Shown: positions 1-13,150 of the stretch, piece by piece
Layout of the letters: every line of letters starts with the position of its first letter
Numbering within the stretch: position 1 is the first letter of the stretch
Assembly: GCA_964016885.1 (NCBI GenBank)
Contig: OZ024743.1
Span: forward strand, 328,166,001 to 328,230,000
DNA: 64,000 bases
Direction: 5' to 3'
Source of the DNA: Eledone cirrhosa
Lineage: Eukaryota
Made by a program: the position numbers and the translations under genes
Notes under the pieces: generated by a model
The model's database searches: none
Told to the model about the DNA's origin: nothing
What the model saw: the letters and a program-made list of their open reading frames with translations, nothing else

Positions 1-71
1 CTTGGCTGCAACCATGGCTTTGTTGATGCTGTACTAAATTTTGTATATATATACATATATATATATATATA

Positions 72-277
72 ATGTGGCCGTGTAGGCAACACGGTAAAAA
101 CCTCCCAGCCCCACACTGTAAATGTGGTTGGTGTTAGGAAGGGCATCCAACTGTAGAAAACCCGCCAGACAGTCCTATGCGAGCAAGACAACCACTCTTG
201 CCTCAAGTGGGAAAACCCCCGTCCAAACCCATGCAAGCGTGGAACACGGACGCTAAACCTGATGATGATGATGATGA
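72..277 (+). mobile_element. RTE-LINE/SINE 3' tail fragment ending in (TGA)n
   Basis: gttaggaagggcatcc...aacccatgcaagcgtggaacacggacgctaaacc(tga)n; reverse complement of the tail of the RTE copy at 8627-8850. Confidence 0.75.
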
Positions 278-519
278 AACATACATTTCTATCCATCTCT
301 CTACCAGTCTATCTCTCCCCCCCCCCCTTCTTAGCTAAAAAAAAAATTGAAAAGAAGAAAAAATAAAATGGATCACTTTTGTTTTTAAAATCATTGATTG
401 ACTTTAAAGCGGTAGTGAAGACTGGCAGGTAACTGGAGACAGGTATGAAGAGGTGTGCAAATTACAGAGATGACATACTGACAAATATACAGATAGAAGG
501 GTTTTATCTCTTTAGCTTA

Positions 520-788
520 TTGTCATCATCATCATTGCTATCACCATCACCACCATCACCATCTTCATCACTATCACTATCATCATCACAATCACCACCA
601 TCATCATATCCCTCATGATCATCATCATCATTATCATCACCATCATCATCACAACACTCATAACCATCACCATCATCATCGTTATCATCTTTCTTCACCA
701 TCGTTGTCATCATCATCATCATCATCACTACCACCAGCACCACCACCACCAACACCATTAACATCATTTTCACTATCATCATCACAAC

Positions 789-832
<44 letters not shown>

Positions 833-985
833 CCACCACCACCACCACCACCACCACCACCACCACCACCACCACCACCATCATCATTTTCACGATCATC
901 ATCACCATCATATCGCAACAATCATCATCATCATCATCCCCACCACCATCATCCTCATCATGGCAATCATAGCTGTCATCACCTT
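520..985. repeat. (CAT)n/(CAC)n trinucleotide low-complexity tract
   Basis: direct reading; explains the poly-D/M/V/S/P ORFs. Confidence 0.95.
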
Positions 986-1212
986 TTGATATCAAACCGT
1001 CTAAAACTGTCCCTGGTTTGATGATATAAAACTGTTTATTTTACAGTGTTTATGATAAAAGCTTTCCATCATAATTTCATATAAGAACCTTCATTAACTC
1101 TTTCATTCCTATATTTCTCATGAAAGACACTGCCTATGGTTTTCAAATTTGGAAGAATTTTGTAATATAACTAACTTTCTTGTTATTTATCTAGTGCACC
1201 AACATGCCCAAA

Positions 1213-2985
1213 TTACAGGGTGGACTGGGTGGTTTTTGTTGTTGTGACATCAGTCCTTCTACCTTACAGGGTGGACTGGGGGCTTTTTGTTATTGTGACA
1301 TCAGTCCTTCTACCTTACACGGTTGACTGGGTGATTTTTGTTGTTGTGACATCAGCGTGGCATGGTAGACCGGGAACTGCGAGAACAACAGGCAGGGTTC
1401 CAACCAAAACGTTCCTGTGTAGAGCAGATCTTTACGCTACGCCGCATCATTGAGAGGTACAACGAATTCCAGAAGCCCCTTGCCATCAGCTTCATCGATT
1501 TCTCCAAAGCATTCGATAGCATTCATCGACCGTCGCTCTGGAGTATCATGCATGAGTATGGTCTGCCCCAGAAAGTTATTTCGGCAATCAAACAGATTTA
1601 CGCAAACTCCAAGTGCTGCATACGGACAGAGGATGCTTACAATGACTGGTTTGAGGGGGTTACTGGCGTGCGTCAACGTTGCTCGCTCTCTCCAATTCTC
1701 TTTGCCATAGCCATTGACTAAGAAGAGCGTCTAAAGACCAGGGTATATCTTGGGTGGGAGTGCAAAAGTTGTCTGACCTGGACTTTGCGGACGATATTGC
1801 TGCATTTGCAGAGAGCACAGCTGACCTGCAAATCATTGTGAACAATATCAATGTCGAAGCAGGAAGCTTAGGTCTCAATATCAGTGCTAAGAAGACCAAA
1901 AGCATGTTATCTGGGACACACCCACCACCAACCAGTGTCTTTATTAAAAAGGGGGAGGTGGAGATAGTGGACAACTTAACCTACCTAGGAAACTCCATTA
2001 ACAATGAGGGCACCGTGGACAGTGAACTGCAATATAGAATAGGAAAGGCTTCAGCAGCATTTAACCAACTTGACAAGATCTGGAAGAGCAGGAAGTTCAC
2101 CCTCAAAAGAAAGATGAGATTCTACAACAGCAATGTGCTGTCCACACTTTTGTATGGAAGTAAAACATGACACCTTAAGACCAGCCAAGAGAAGAAGTTG
2201 GATGCATTCGATTCCAGATGTCTGCGAAAGATCCTGGGGATTAAATGGAGTGACCATGTAACAAACCAGGAAGTCAGGAACCGCACCACCCAGCAGCTAG
2301 TCTCTTCTACCATCTGCAAGCAACGCCTGGGCTGGTTTGGACACGCTTTGAGACTTCCCCCAGAGAGACTGGCGAACCAAGTATTTAAATGGAGCCCGCA
2401 GGGAAGCAGACGGAGAGGGTGACCCAAAATAAACTGGCGCCAGACAGTTGAGAGGGACCTGTGAGCGACAAACAGACAATGGCGGGACGCTGTGCAACTG
2501 GCTGCTGACCGAACGCGATGGAACACTATGATTGCCTCATGCGTCGCAAGACACGGGAGCTTCTGAGTCTGAGTCTGACATCAGCCCTTCTACTTTACAG
2601 GGTGGACTGGAGGCTTTTTGTTGTTGTGACATCAGCCCTTCTACCTTATAGGGTGGACTGTGTGATTTTTGTTGTTGTGACATCAGCCCTTCTACCTTAC
2701 AGGGTGGACTGGAGGCTTTTTGTTGTTGTGACATCAGCCCTTCTACCTTATAGGGTGGACTGGGTGATTTTTGTTGTTGTGACATCAGCCCTTCTAGCTT
2801 ACAGGGTTGACTGGGGGCTTTTTGTTGCTGTGGCATCAGCCCTGCTACTTTACAGGGTGGACTGGGTGATTTTTGCTGTTGTGACATCAGCCCTTCTACC
2901 TTATAGGGTGGACTGGGGGCTTTTAGTTGTGGTATCAGCCCAACTTACACGATGGACTGGTTTTTTTTTTGTTGTGGTGCCAGCA
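1213..2985. repeat. 51-bp minisatellite (1213-1356 and 2576-2985) split by an RTE insertion
   Basis: unit ccttacagggtggactggg..tttttgttgttgtgacatcagcccttcta; the 17-codon periodicity is visible in the ORF track. Confidence 0.9.
1357..2575 (+). mobile_element. 5'-truncated, decayed RTE-clade LINE (RT C-terminal half) with (CTGAGT)n tail and 10-bp TSD
   Basis: QAGFQPKRSC, FIDFSKAFDSI, GVRQ, LDFADDI, YLG and RLGWFGH motifs across frameshifts; TSD tgacatcagc at 1347-1356 and 2576-2585. Confidence 0.9.
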
Positions 2986-3934
2986 CTGTGTGAAAGTAAG
3001 TGTCTAACTTTTCATACATGCATGGGTTGTACAGGAAAGCCTGTATCAAGGTGTATAAGGGGGAGGAGAGTATATCATCATCTTCATCATCATTATCATC
3101 AGACATCTATTTCCCCATCCCCACCTGGACCGAATGTCCTGTCACACGCTGAGACAAGACCAGGCAGAAGATTATGCCTAGTTCATAGATTCTGTTTTTG
3201 TTTTGGTATGAGCTCCCCGGCCAGATGTTTCCCTAACCCGTAACCAATATTTTGTCATGATACAAGGTGGGGCATGTTCAGCTCTTCAATGCTGGCATGG
3301 GTTGGAGGGTGGGGCATCTGTCATTCTATGTTGGTATGAGTTGGGCTGGGAGGAGGGATGAAAGTGGGAGGTGTCTTTCCATGACGAAAAAGGTTGGCTG
3401 AGTGAGAGTAGGGGTTGCAGAAAGCTGTCTTTTCATGGTGGCAGCAGTGGTTATTGACTGAGAAAGGGGGTTGGGAGGGAGGAAGTTAGTAGGAGATGTC
3501 TGGTGTGGGGTACTTAGATAATGAGGTAGGGGTGACAAGTGAGTTTAAATTTGGGGAGGTGTATCAAGGAGATAGGTGAAGCCTGTCTTCTCCATGTTTG
3601 TTTTACCCTATATATGTTGCAAGGCAGGTCTTCTGTAGAATATCATAACCCCCAGAAAACTTGCTCGTGTATCATCACCTTTAAAGGGCTTAATTGTTTG
3701 AGGTCAACTTCTGACACTTCATCTCAAGCTTTCCTATGTTTTCCTCTTCTATAGTATACAACAACTTTGAATAGACTGCACAATTTTATGCAGCTGTTAT
3801 CCTCCACATAAATTACATATCCATTTCACTGCAGTCTCCTCTCCTGCACATTGCATCTGACCCCTCTTATGCCCAGTTTCTCTCTCAGTTCATTGATGCT
3901 TCATATTTCATACACACCTCTATTACACACCCAG

Positions 3935-4240
3935 TGAAGGCACGTGACTTTGTGGTTAGGGTATTTGGCTCACGATCATAAGATTGTGAGTTCAAAGTCC
4001 GGTAGCAGGACACTTTATTTCACATTGCTCCAGTCTACTCAGCTGGCAAAAATGAGTTGTACCTGTAATTCGAAGGGCCAGCCTTGTCACATTCTGAGTC
4101 ATGCTGAATCTCCCTGAGAGCTAGGTTAAGGGTACATGTGTTTAAGGAATTCTCAGCCACTTGCACCTTAATTTAATGAGCAGGCTGTTCCGTTGATCTT
4201 CTCAAATGGAACACTTTTCATTGTAACCGACAGAATGCTG
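3935..4240 (+). mobile_element. tRNA-derived SINE with CORE-like domain
   Basis: tRNA-like head (gtggttagg...gtgagttcaaa), then cactttatttcacattgctccagt; related copies elsewhere in the window. Confidence 0.7.
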
Positions 4241-4640
4241 CTACTACACACCTATCAGCGCTGTAAGCTTCATTTCTTTCCAATCTTTTTAGGTGCTCTA
4301 AACACAGCACCCAGGTCTCACTTTTTTGCAGCATTGCTGTTTGCACACAAGTATCATACAATCTGCTTTTCATTTTGAGGTAAAAAACCTTTTGTAGCTA
4401 GCAGCGGTAGTAACTCCTTGAACTGTTTCCAGCTGATCCTTACTTTGGTTACTGTACTTTCAGAAGACCCACTTACACTGCTAATTATTGTCCCTATAAG
4501 TAGCAGAAGCTGTTGATTATTTCTAGGGAGAGCCCTAGAAATAATCAACAGCTTCTGCTACTTATAGGGACAATATTAGCAGTGTAAATGATGGGATTTG
4601 TTTTCTGTATGTTCTCATTGCTTACTGCACCTGTGCACCT
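4240..4640 (-). mobile_element. degenerate RTE fragment containing a ~55-bp-arm palindrome (4473-4587)
   Basis: SESTVTKVRISWKQFKELLPLLATKGF matches the RTE ORF at 32897-34477; fold-back arms 4473-4528 and 4533-4587. Confidence 0.75.
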
Positions 4641-4729
4641 GCGATCGGTCAGTTGTTTCTTTATTTATCAACACAATGGTCATGACATGATATATATATT
4701 TTAGAGAGCAATACAAGGCATTCATTCAC

Positions 4730-4798
4730 CAGGTTGTAGTGCATACTAGAGAGAGGGGAGTCAGCACGTCTTGTTGCTCTATTTTTTCCCATTAAATA
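4730..4798 (-). CDS. candidate exon of an unidentified minus-strand gene (ATG at 4792: MGKNRATRRADSPLSSMHYNL)
   Basis: minus strand reads catctttttaag|tatttaATG...aacctg|gtgaat: pyrimidine tract + AG, open frame and GT donor in non-repetitive DNA; no homology recognised. Confidence 0.3.
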
Positions 4799-5131
4799 CT
4801 TAAAAAGATGAAATTACATCAGATATACCAGAAGGAAATTGCAGTTACTGTTTTTTCTTCTTCTAATAAGATCAAATTTAAAGGAAGGGGAAGCAGAAAT
4901 GTCAGCTCACATAAACAAACGTGTGTTTTAAATATATTTATTACTCAAAGAGATATTTTCTTACATAGACTACATGTAACATCGATATAAATCGATAAGT
5001 TAACAGTTAATGATTCATTAACGTTTCTATTGGTGTTAACCAAAGAGAGAAATATAACTCATTTTATAAATGGAACGTTTACAGTTGCACTACAATGACA
5101 TTATAAAATAAGGGAGATAATAATTGGCATA

Positions 5132-5361
5132 CTCTTGGGTCCCAAACAATGGGGGTGGGGTGGAATAAGCCGGGGTGGAGGAAATTACAAAATCCGTAAT
5201 TTTTCCGGGTTGTCTCCGTTCAGTTTTTTAAAAACCAAAATTTCGTCCGAGATAGAGTAGCAAAATTAAACAGGAGTGGGGGTGGAGCAAGAGTGGAGAA
5301 GTTGAAAAAAATCTGAAAAATTAATAATAAGGGAAGAGGACAAATATACGAGACCCAAGAG
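5132..5361. mobile_element. MITE with CTCTTGGGTC terminal inverted repeats flanked by TA
   Basis: ta|ctcttgggtc...gacccaagag|ta; related ends near 23355-23610 and 55025. Confidence 0.55.
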
Positions 5362-5539
5362 TACTTAAAATATTATAAACACTATATACAAATTGTGATA
5401 TATCATCATCATCAACATGACTGGTAAAGGGACAATATCTTGCTCTGTTCTACTTTTGGCTTGGTTTCTATTGTTGGATACCCTTTTTAACACCAACCAA
5501 TTTACAGCATGTAATGGGAAAACTCTATTCATCAGCTCA

Positions 5540-5985
5540 TCCACCTTACAGTGCAGACAGAGACCTTTCCATTGTGGCATCTGTGGTACCTTACTGTGTG
5601 GACTAGGTGCTTTTTGTAGTGGCACCTATACCACCACCTTACAGTACAGACAGACCTTTTGCTGTGTCACCAGCACAACTACCTTACAGTGTGAACTGGG
5701 TGCTTTTTGTTGTGTCACCAGCACAATTACCTTACAGTGTGGACTGGGTGCTTTTTGTTGTGTCACCAGCACAACCACCTTACAGAATGAGCTGGGTGCT
5801 TTTTGTTGTGGCACCAGCACAACCACCATACAGAGTGAGCTGGGTGCTTTTTGCTGTGGCACCAGTACTACTTACCTTACAATGTAGACTGGATGCTGTT
5901 TTTTGTGGCACCAGTATTATCACCTTACAAGATGTGCTGGCTGTTTTTTATTGTGCAACTACCTTACAGTGTGGACTGAACTTTT
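5540..5985. repeat. ~51-bp minisatellite derived from the RTE/SINE 3' tail
   Basis: unit ccttacagtgtggactgggtgctttttgttgtgtcaccagcacaaccac. Confidence 0.85.
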
Positions 5986-6645
5986 TCCAACCAGTCCTTA
6001 ACCTAGCTATTGTACTTTTGGAACACCCACACCCACTGCTAATTTGGTCCCCATAGTTAGCAGAAGTTATCGACTACTTCTAAGGAGCCTCTGAGCACTT
6101 AATGAGGCTTGTTCCTGTATGTCCTTGTTGCTTATTACATCTGTGCATCTACTACACACAAAACCTTCATCCTTTGCTTGCCTGCCTGAATTCCTATACA
6201 TGTTTTTTTATGTATCCAAAGCTTACTATCTTAGTGGTACTGCCAATTAATTATAACCAGTCATGTTCATTCTATATGTAAATGAGTATTTCCAGTCAAT
6301 GTTTTCTATTTACTATATGTAAATGAACATCACCAGCAAGTGTTTAATATACAAAATCTATATAGACTTTATTCTGTTGTAATGTCAGTAATGGTTGAGT
6401 GAATGTCAGAATGTCACTAATGAAAGATTAATGAATCTTGAAACAGTGCTGTGTGACATTTTCAACAGCTACTGACATATCTGTGACATGTTCACAGAGA
6501 AAAAGTGACAAAAAAATAATTTTTATTTGATAGTGAGGCTCTCATGTTTATTGTATATAAAAATATAGTATATACTTTCTTATACACCCCTATTATATAT
6601 ATATATATATTTAAAATTCAGATGTGTCTTTGCACATATAAGTTC

Positions 6646-6732
6646 ACATAACTGACGAGATGGCGAAAAATAGTCGGACCCTTCACCTTGATTGTACCCC
6701 GAGATGATCGATATCGAAACAATTGTAATATG
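6646..6732 (+). ncRNA. type I hammerhead ribozyme motif, weak stem I
   Basis: CUGACGA 6652-6658; stem II gauggcga/ucgauauc; GAAA 6716-6719; palindromic stem III acaauugu; GUA site at 6727. Confidence 0.55.
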
Positions 6733-7639
6733 CAAATAAAGTTTGTACATATGATGCAACACTGACTTCGATTCTTTAAAATATATTTACACTCTGCACA
6801 CTATAGCCACAACTCTGGAATACAACCCAAAACGAAATGGACCTAGTAACAGCATTGAGTGGTTTGAACAGTGCACCGCCTGTAACTGTTGTTACCCACC
6901 TAACTAACATATATATGTCTTGTCAAACAGTGTTGGAGGATCCTCAGTTGTGTCAAGATTTTTGACAACCTCTCCTGAGAGCACTGGATCGAACATGAGG
7001 CACATTTCTCTGGCATGCTTGGGAGATCAGTAGCCTTGCTTCAGTATTGACTTGGTCTATAGCGACCCGTCCAACCCTTGCTAGCAGGAAAAGGGGACGT
7101 TAAAACGCTGATGACAATGATGATGGTGGTGGAGTGGTATTGCGCAGTGGAAATCCTTGGTTTTAGTATAAACCCACCAAGCCAAACGATGTTATCTCCC
7201 TTATAAAATTCCGACTCTCTCACTGTACATGTAAGAATCAATTCACAAAGTAAAAAGAAAACTCTCTTAATTGACTTTTATAAATCTAGTAATGCATCTA
7301 AGACTACATTATATAATATCTTATTCCTTTTATATTTGTGATTTGAGTGAGGTTTGGTTGCTAATTTCGATGTTGTGCAACCATTGAAAAATCATATCGT
7401 CTATTTGTTAAGAGTTACTTCCCCTTAACAGTCATACAATTTTCCTCTTCAATTAAAATTAAGATTTAAAATAACTTTCCCTCATTCAATGCTTCGAAAT
7501 TTTTAGATTTTCATTGGGAGATACAGAGAGAATTCGACAGTGTTGTTTAACCCCAGGCATGTTCCTTTCAAACAGACCTAGTATAAAAAAAACATTCCAG
7601 CTAAGACCATCCCATCGTGTTACCTAGAATTATATTTTA

Positions 7640-7825
7640 ATAATTGTTTCTACTTTTGGCACCAGGCCAGCAATTATCCGAGTGCATTACTGGTACTTTA
7701 TTTTATCGACCCCGTAAGGATGAAAGGCAAAGTTAACCTCGGTGGGATTTGAACTCAGATCATAAAGGGAGGTAACTCTATGCTTCAAAGCATGGCGCCC
7801 GAACCTCTACCGATACTGCCAAAAT
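7640..7825 (-). mobile_element. tRNA-derived SINE with Meta-like central domain
   Basis: reverse complement of gaggttaactttgcctttcatccttacggggtcgataaaataaagtaccag; copies at 20355, 34624, 34825, 39465, 48786 and 63322. Confidence 0.75.
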
Positions 7826-8626
7826 GAAATTATTATGTACAGTGCTCAGGTGCACTACAACTCATCAAAGGTGCATATATAGTACATAGAATAATGTACA
7901 AATGTCAGGGAAGTGAATAGTGTGTGAGTCATGATATACATGCGTGCATGTGTATGGAGGGGGAGTATTAGGTGTAGTGTTGGCGAATCTCAGGAAGCAT
8001 GGATGTTTTAAAGGATGCAGTGTCTTGACAGCTAAATGAATTTTCAGCTAATTAATTTTCAAACATCTCTTTTTAAGGTTGTTTGAGAGATATTTGGTTG
8101 TTATTTCTAGCATGCCAGTCGACCTGTCATTGAGTAGAAAATATTCTGTAGTTAATGGAAGATGTATTTGACAAACAGAAATGAATGGGGGGGGGGGGGG
8201 GTGAGTCCCTGAGTTGTGGAATGATATGTGAGGGAGTCGCCTGGTTAAAAAATGATGTGTGAGGGAGACCCCTGAGTTGTGGAGTCATGTAGGAGGGAGT
8301 CCCTGAGTTGTGGAATCATATGTGAGGGAGTCCTGGTGTTGGGGAATTATATGTGAGGACGTACATACAACGATGATGATATATGTGTATGCCTGTATAC
8401 ATGTGTATATATACAAAGAAAACAATACAGTACAATGAAGAAATATATTAGTTTAATGCTTGATACAGAAAGAAAAGGATGTGAACGTTTTGGACTCTAC
8501 TCCTTCATCAGAAGATAGGATGAAAAATAAAAGATTAAATACAAAGAGTGAGAAAAGGAAGGAACAGAAAAACAGTTTTTGGAGAAAAAGCATGTTTGTT
8601 CAGTCAACCATTGAATATAATGTATA

Positions 8627-10222
8627 TATCATCATCATCATCATCATCATCAGGTTTAGCGTCCGTGTTCCACGCTTGCATGGGTTTGGACGGGGGTTTT
8701 CCCACTTGAGGCAAGAGTGGTTGTCTTGCTCGCATAGGACTGTCTGGCGGGTTTTCTACAGTTGGATGCCCTTCCTAACACCAACCACATTTACAGTGTG
8801 GGGCTGGGAGGTTTTTACCGTGTTGCCTACACGGCCACATTACAGCGTGGACTGTCTGGCGGGTTTTCTATAGCTGGATGCCCTTCCTAACACCAACCAC
8901 ATTTACAGTGTGGGGCTGGGAGGTTTTTACCGTGTTGCCTACACGGCCACATTTACAGCGTGGACTGTGTGTTTTTTTGTCGTGACACCTACACGATCTC
9001 ATTTGTTTCGGCCTGGATGTTGTGGGACCAACATAACTTTACATTGAAAGGGGCGGTGTGGATGGGGTGGAGGTGGTGGGACGGGGGGGGGGGGGTGTTT
9101 TGATAGAGATGCCTACTGACTGTAGTAGGTTTTTACTTTGTATTTAGGTAAGGCGAGTCTTCTCTATTACTGAGTACCGCCAAAGGTCTCGGTCCAGTGA
9201 CATTGTCTTGGAGAGGTGTAAGCGTGTGAGGTCGGAATTTATCAGCTCGTCCCATGTTTTTCTGGGTCTGCCTACTCCGTGGCTACCGTCTATCTTTATT
9301 GCCCTGCACTTTGTTATACAGCTGTCGTCTTTCATGCGCATCACGTGACCGTACGAACGTAGCCTTCTCTCGAGTAAACAACATCCGATCCCTCTTATTT
9401 CTAATTTTTTCCTTAGTTCGTTTATGCTTTGCCGTTCACGTATATTACTATTGCACATCCAGCGGAGCATGCAAGCTTCGTTCCTCTCTAGTCTGCGTAT
9501 ATCCTCTGCACACAATGCCCAGGTCTCACTGCCATGCAGCATTGCTGTTCGTATGCAGGCATCGTATAACCTGCCTTTCATTTTTAGGGAGAACCCTCTA
9601 GCGGCTAATAGTGGTATAAGCTCTCTGAACTTTTTGCCCTGATGAACACCAACTTTTACGCTAAACTCTTCACTATATTCGTTGTTAATTCTAACCTTGC
9701 TGACTGTTTCTTTATACATGGCTTGTATAGCTCTCACAAGCCATTCGTCAACACCTAGTTTTCTAAGAGACCACCAGATAATGGAACGGGGGACTCTGTC
9801 GAAGGCTTTCTCCAAGTCGACGAAAGCTAAGTATAGGGGTTTACTTTTAGCTAGGTACTTCTCCTGTAGTTGTCGTACAATGAAAAGAGCGTCTGTGGTA
9901 CTTTTGCCTGACACAAATCCGAACTGCATTTCATCTAGATCAATTCTCTCTCTGATTAGTTGCGCTATTACTTTTTCCGTGACCTTCATGACCTGGTCGA
10001 TTAATTTAATGCCTCTATAGTTACTCCTATCTAGGGCATCTCCTTTTCCCTTATAGCAGTTAACGATGATGCTGCTACGCCAGTCCTTCGGAACAACCCC
10101 ATTCTGTACGACTTGGTTAACTATCCGGGTGACCATGGTGTGTCCCACCGAACCAGATGCCTTCAGCATCTCAGCAACTATTTCCGAAGGACCAGCCGCC
10201 TTACCCGTCTTCATATCTTTGA
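8627..10222 (-). mobile_element. 5'-truncated RTE LINE with in-frame internal deletion; full 3' tail
   Basis: ORF 9144-10214 (YKGKGD, NYRGIKL, QFGF, AFVDLEKAFDRV, GVHQG) joins directly to KKFREL and lacks YADD; tail has an internal tandem duplication and ends in (TGA)n. Confidence 0.92.
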
Positions 10223-12631
10223 TATAGTAATAATAAATGTAAAGACTAAAATCTGAAGAGGGCTTGATAAGGATTATATATATATATATATAAAATATAT
10301 ATAAATATATACCCGTAGAGCAAATATTTATTATAAGAACAGATTAAAGTTTAAGCAAAGAATTGGTGCTTTCATACTTAACGAGATCTTCTGATATATA
10401 TATATATAGCAGTCATTTGATATATATATTTATATATGTAGCAGTATCTTCTGATATATATATATGTAGCAGTCATTTGATATATATATATTTATATATG
10501 TAGCAGTATCTTCTGATATATATATATATGTAGCAGTAGCTTCTGATATATATATATGTAGCAGTAATTTGATATTCTCCTCAGTAGAGTTTCTTTCACA
10601 CGATCAAGTGGCCACCATTAAGCTGACCTCTAGTGGCCTCAATGGGCTTTTGGTTGCCAATATGTCTGAGATCTTGATATATCAGACAACCATCTGCTTA
10701 TTCTTGTGACCTGGAGACAAAAGCATGGGACATTAATAAATAGCCTGATCTCATAGAGAACAAGGCAATTGTAGAATTTCTACCAACCAGCTAAGATATG
10801 GTGGTCAGCTGACTCACACACTGACCCCTTTGGGTTTCTCATTCTCTCTATCACTAAGCCAGGCCAGCAAAATTCATCCCATTAATAGATGTTTGGTAAA
10901 TACATTTTTAATATGCTGACACATCATACCTGATACATAATATCACACAATTCAACTGTGGTTATTTATTCTTCATGTATTGTTGTATAACTTCAAAGAA
11001 AGTTATATTTAATATATAACGCAGCGGCTTGGTGTTATTGTGGTTTATATATTTCATTTCCTATGTAATCAGGGCATAGCACTTATCCACGGAACCATCA
11101 CATCGTTATCGTCATAATCAACACATTGTCATTTACTTGCACACTCGCCATCTCTTGTCACACTGATTCAAGCACACCAATCTTCTTTCCACTCTATCCA
11201 ATGGTGACCACACAACTGAGTACACACACAACAATGAATCAACAGTACATCACCATCTATCCTAGCATTATCCTCGCTATAATTTCAATTGTTATAATTA
11301 GTGCTGCTATATATATATATGTATGTATATATATTTGTATGTATATGTGTGTGTGTGTAATGTGAAAAGTAAATGGAAACAACAAAGCAAATCATACAGT
11401 ATAATGAATAAATATATTAGTTTAATGCTTGATATAGTGGGAAAAGAGTCTGAACGTTTTGGACTCTAATCCTTCATCAGAAGATAGGATGAGAAATAAA
11501 AGATGAAGAAAAACATTTTTTGGAGAAAAAGCACGTGTTTGTTCAGTCAGCTATTGAATGTAATGTATGTATGTATATATATGTGTGAGTTAGGTGTATA
11601 ACTACAGTTACAGGTGGCGTGCCATTCGGTGTATCTTTACACATATGAACTAACATATCTGAGGAGATGTCAAAGAAAAGTTGGGCCTCGTCATTATGAT
11701 TGTACACTGAGCTGATCAAATAAAGTTTGTACATATGCTGCAACACTGACAACGATTCTACTTACTCTCCCTCTCTCAATATATATATATATAGCTTCTA
11801 TTACTACTACTACTAATAATAATATTACTACTAACTGAAGTCCTAGACTAAAATTCTATTTGGGAAACCGAATGATTCTTGGCTTCAGAGTTAAGAATAA
11901 TGTATATATTTAATTTTTATTGATTTCAATTACCTCTGTAATTTATTTACATTATTCTTAAATCTGAAGCCGAGAATCATTCGGTTTCCTAAATAGAATT
12001 TTAGTCTATGACTTCAGTTATACCATAAACGTGGTTTTGTCTTTGCGTGTAATTGTTCTCAACGCTCCACATAATGATGTATTATCTTCGTTTTTTCTGT
12101 TCATTGCCAGGGAACGTCTCCACGAACCACCTAATAGAATATTAGTCTACGACTTCATTTATACCATAAACGTGGTTTTGTCTTTGCATGTAATTGTTTT
12201 CACCACTCAAAATAATGATGTATTATCTTCGTTTTTTGCCGTTCTTTGCCAGGGATTGTTTCCACGAACCAAAGTATCGTCTTCCTGTCTTCCTTCGGTT
12301 GCAACGTTTTTCGAAATATTTACTTCTGCGTTCACAGATTGATTTTTTTTTTGTTTCAGAAGATCCCGTTAAGGGTGAAAGCAGCGATTCTTTAAACTTT
12401 AATCTGTTATTTTAATAAATATTTGCTCTACAGTTCTTATATATTTGATATATATTTATCCTTATCGAGCCCTCTTTGGATTTTAGTCTTCAAATTTATT
12501 ATTATATATATATATATATATAAAGTATGTATGTAAATATGTATATATATGTATGTATGTGTATATACATACATACACATCATACCTGATACATAATATC
12601 ACACAATTTAACTGGTTATTTATTCTTCATG

Positions 12632-12965
12632 TGAGGTCGCATAGCTTAGTGGTTAGAGCATAGCTTGCAATTGAGAGATTGTGAGTTCGATTCTCAGACT
12701 GTGTGATGCACTGTGTCCTTGAGCAAGACACTTTATTTCATGTTGCTCTAGTTAACTCAGCTGTAATAATGAGTTGTGACGTCACTGGAGCCAAGCTGTA
12801 TGGGCCATTGCCTTTCCCTTGGACAATATCGGTAGCATGGAGAGGGGAGGCTGGTATGCATGGGTTACGGCTGGTCTTCTCCAAACAAACGTTGCCCAGG
12901 CTTGTGCCTTGGAGGGAAACTTTCTAGATGCAAAACCATAGTCATTAGTGACCGATGGGGGCCTT
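12632..12965 (+). mobile_element. tRNA/CORE-like SINE
   Basis: gcttagtggttagagc...gagttcgattc head, tgtgtccttgagcaagacactttatttca; inverted relative at 61995-62305. Confidence 0.75.
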
Positions 12966-13150
12966 ATATGACTTATATGAGTATGTGTGTGTATATATAA
13001 GGTGTAGAAATATCCGAGACCCCCAGTAGACAACTGTTGAGGAAAACTAATCCCCCCCCCCCCGTTCTTGCTTTTTCGTATTCCCACTGCATTTTAAGTT
13101 ATATAAATATATATATATATAATATAATGTATAATAAACAATACAATATA

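Noticed and set aside
504-1021. Poly-D/G/P/S ORFs, and similar YI-, HT- and CV-rich ORFs elsewhere
   Set aside because: Translations of microsatellites
3935-4005. tRNA genes
   Set aside because: The tRNA-like segments are degenerate SINE heads fused to CORE/Meta domains, with no intact cloverleaf
10250-10300. CTGAAGA hammerhead start
   Set aside because: No closing stem II/GAAA downstream, and the sister copy reads CCAAAGA
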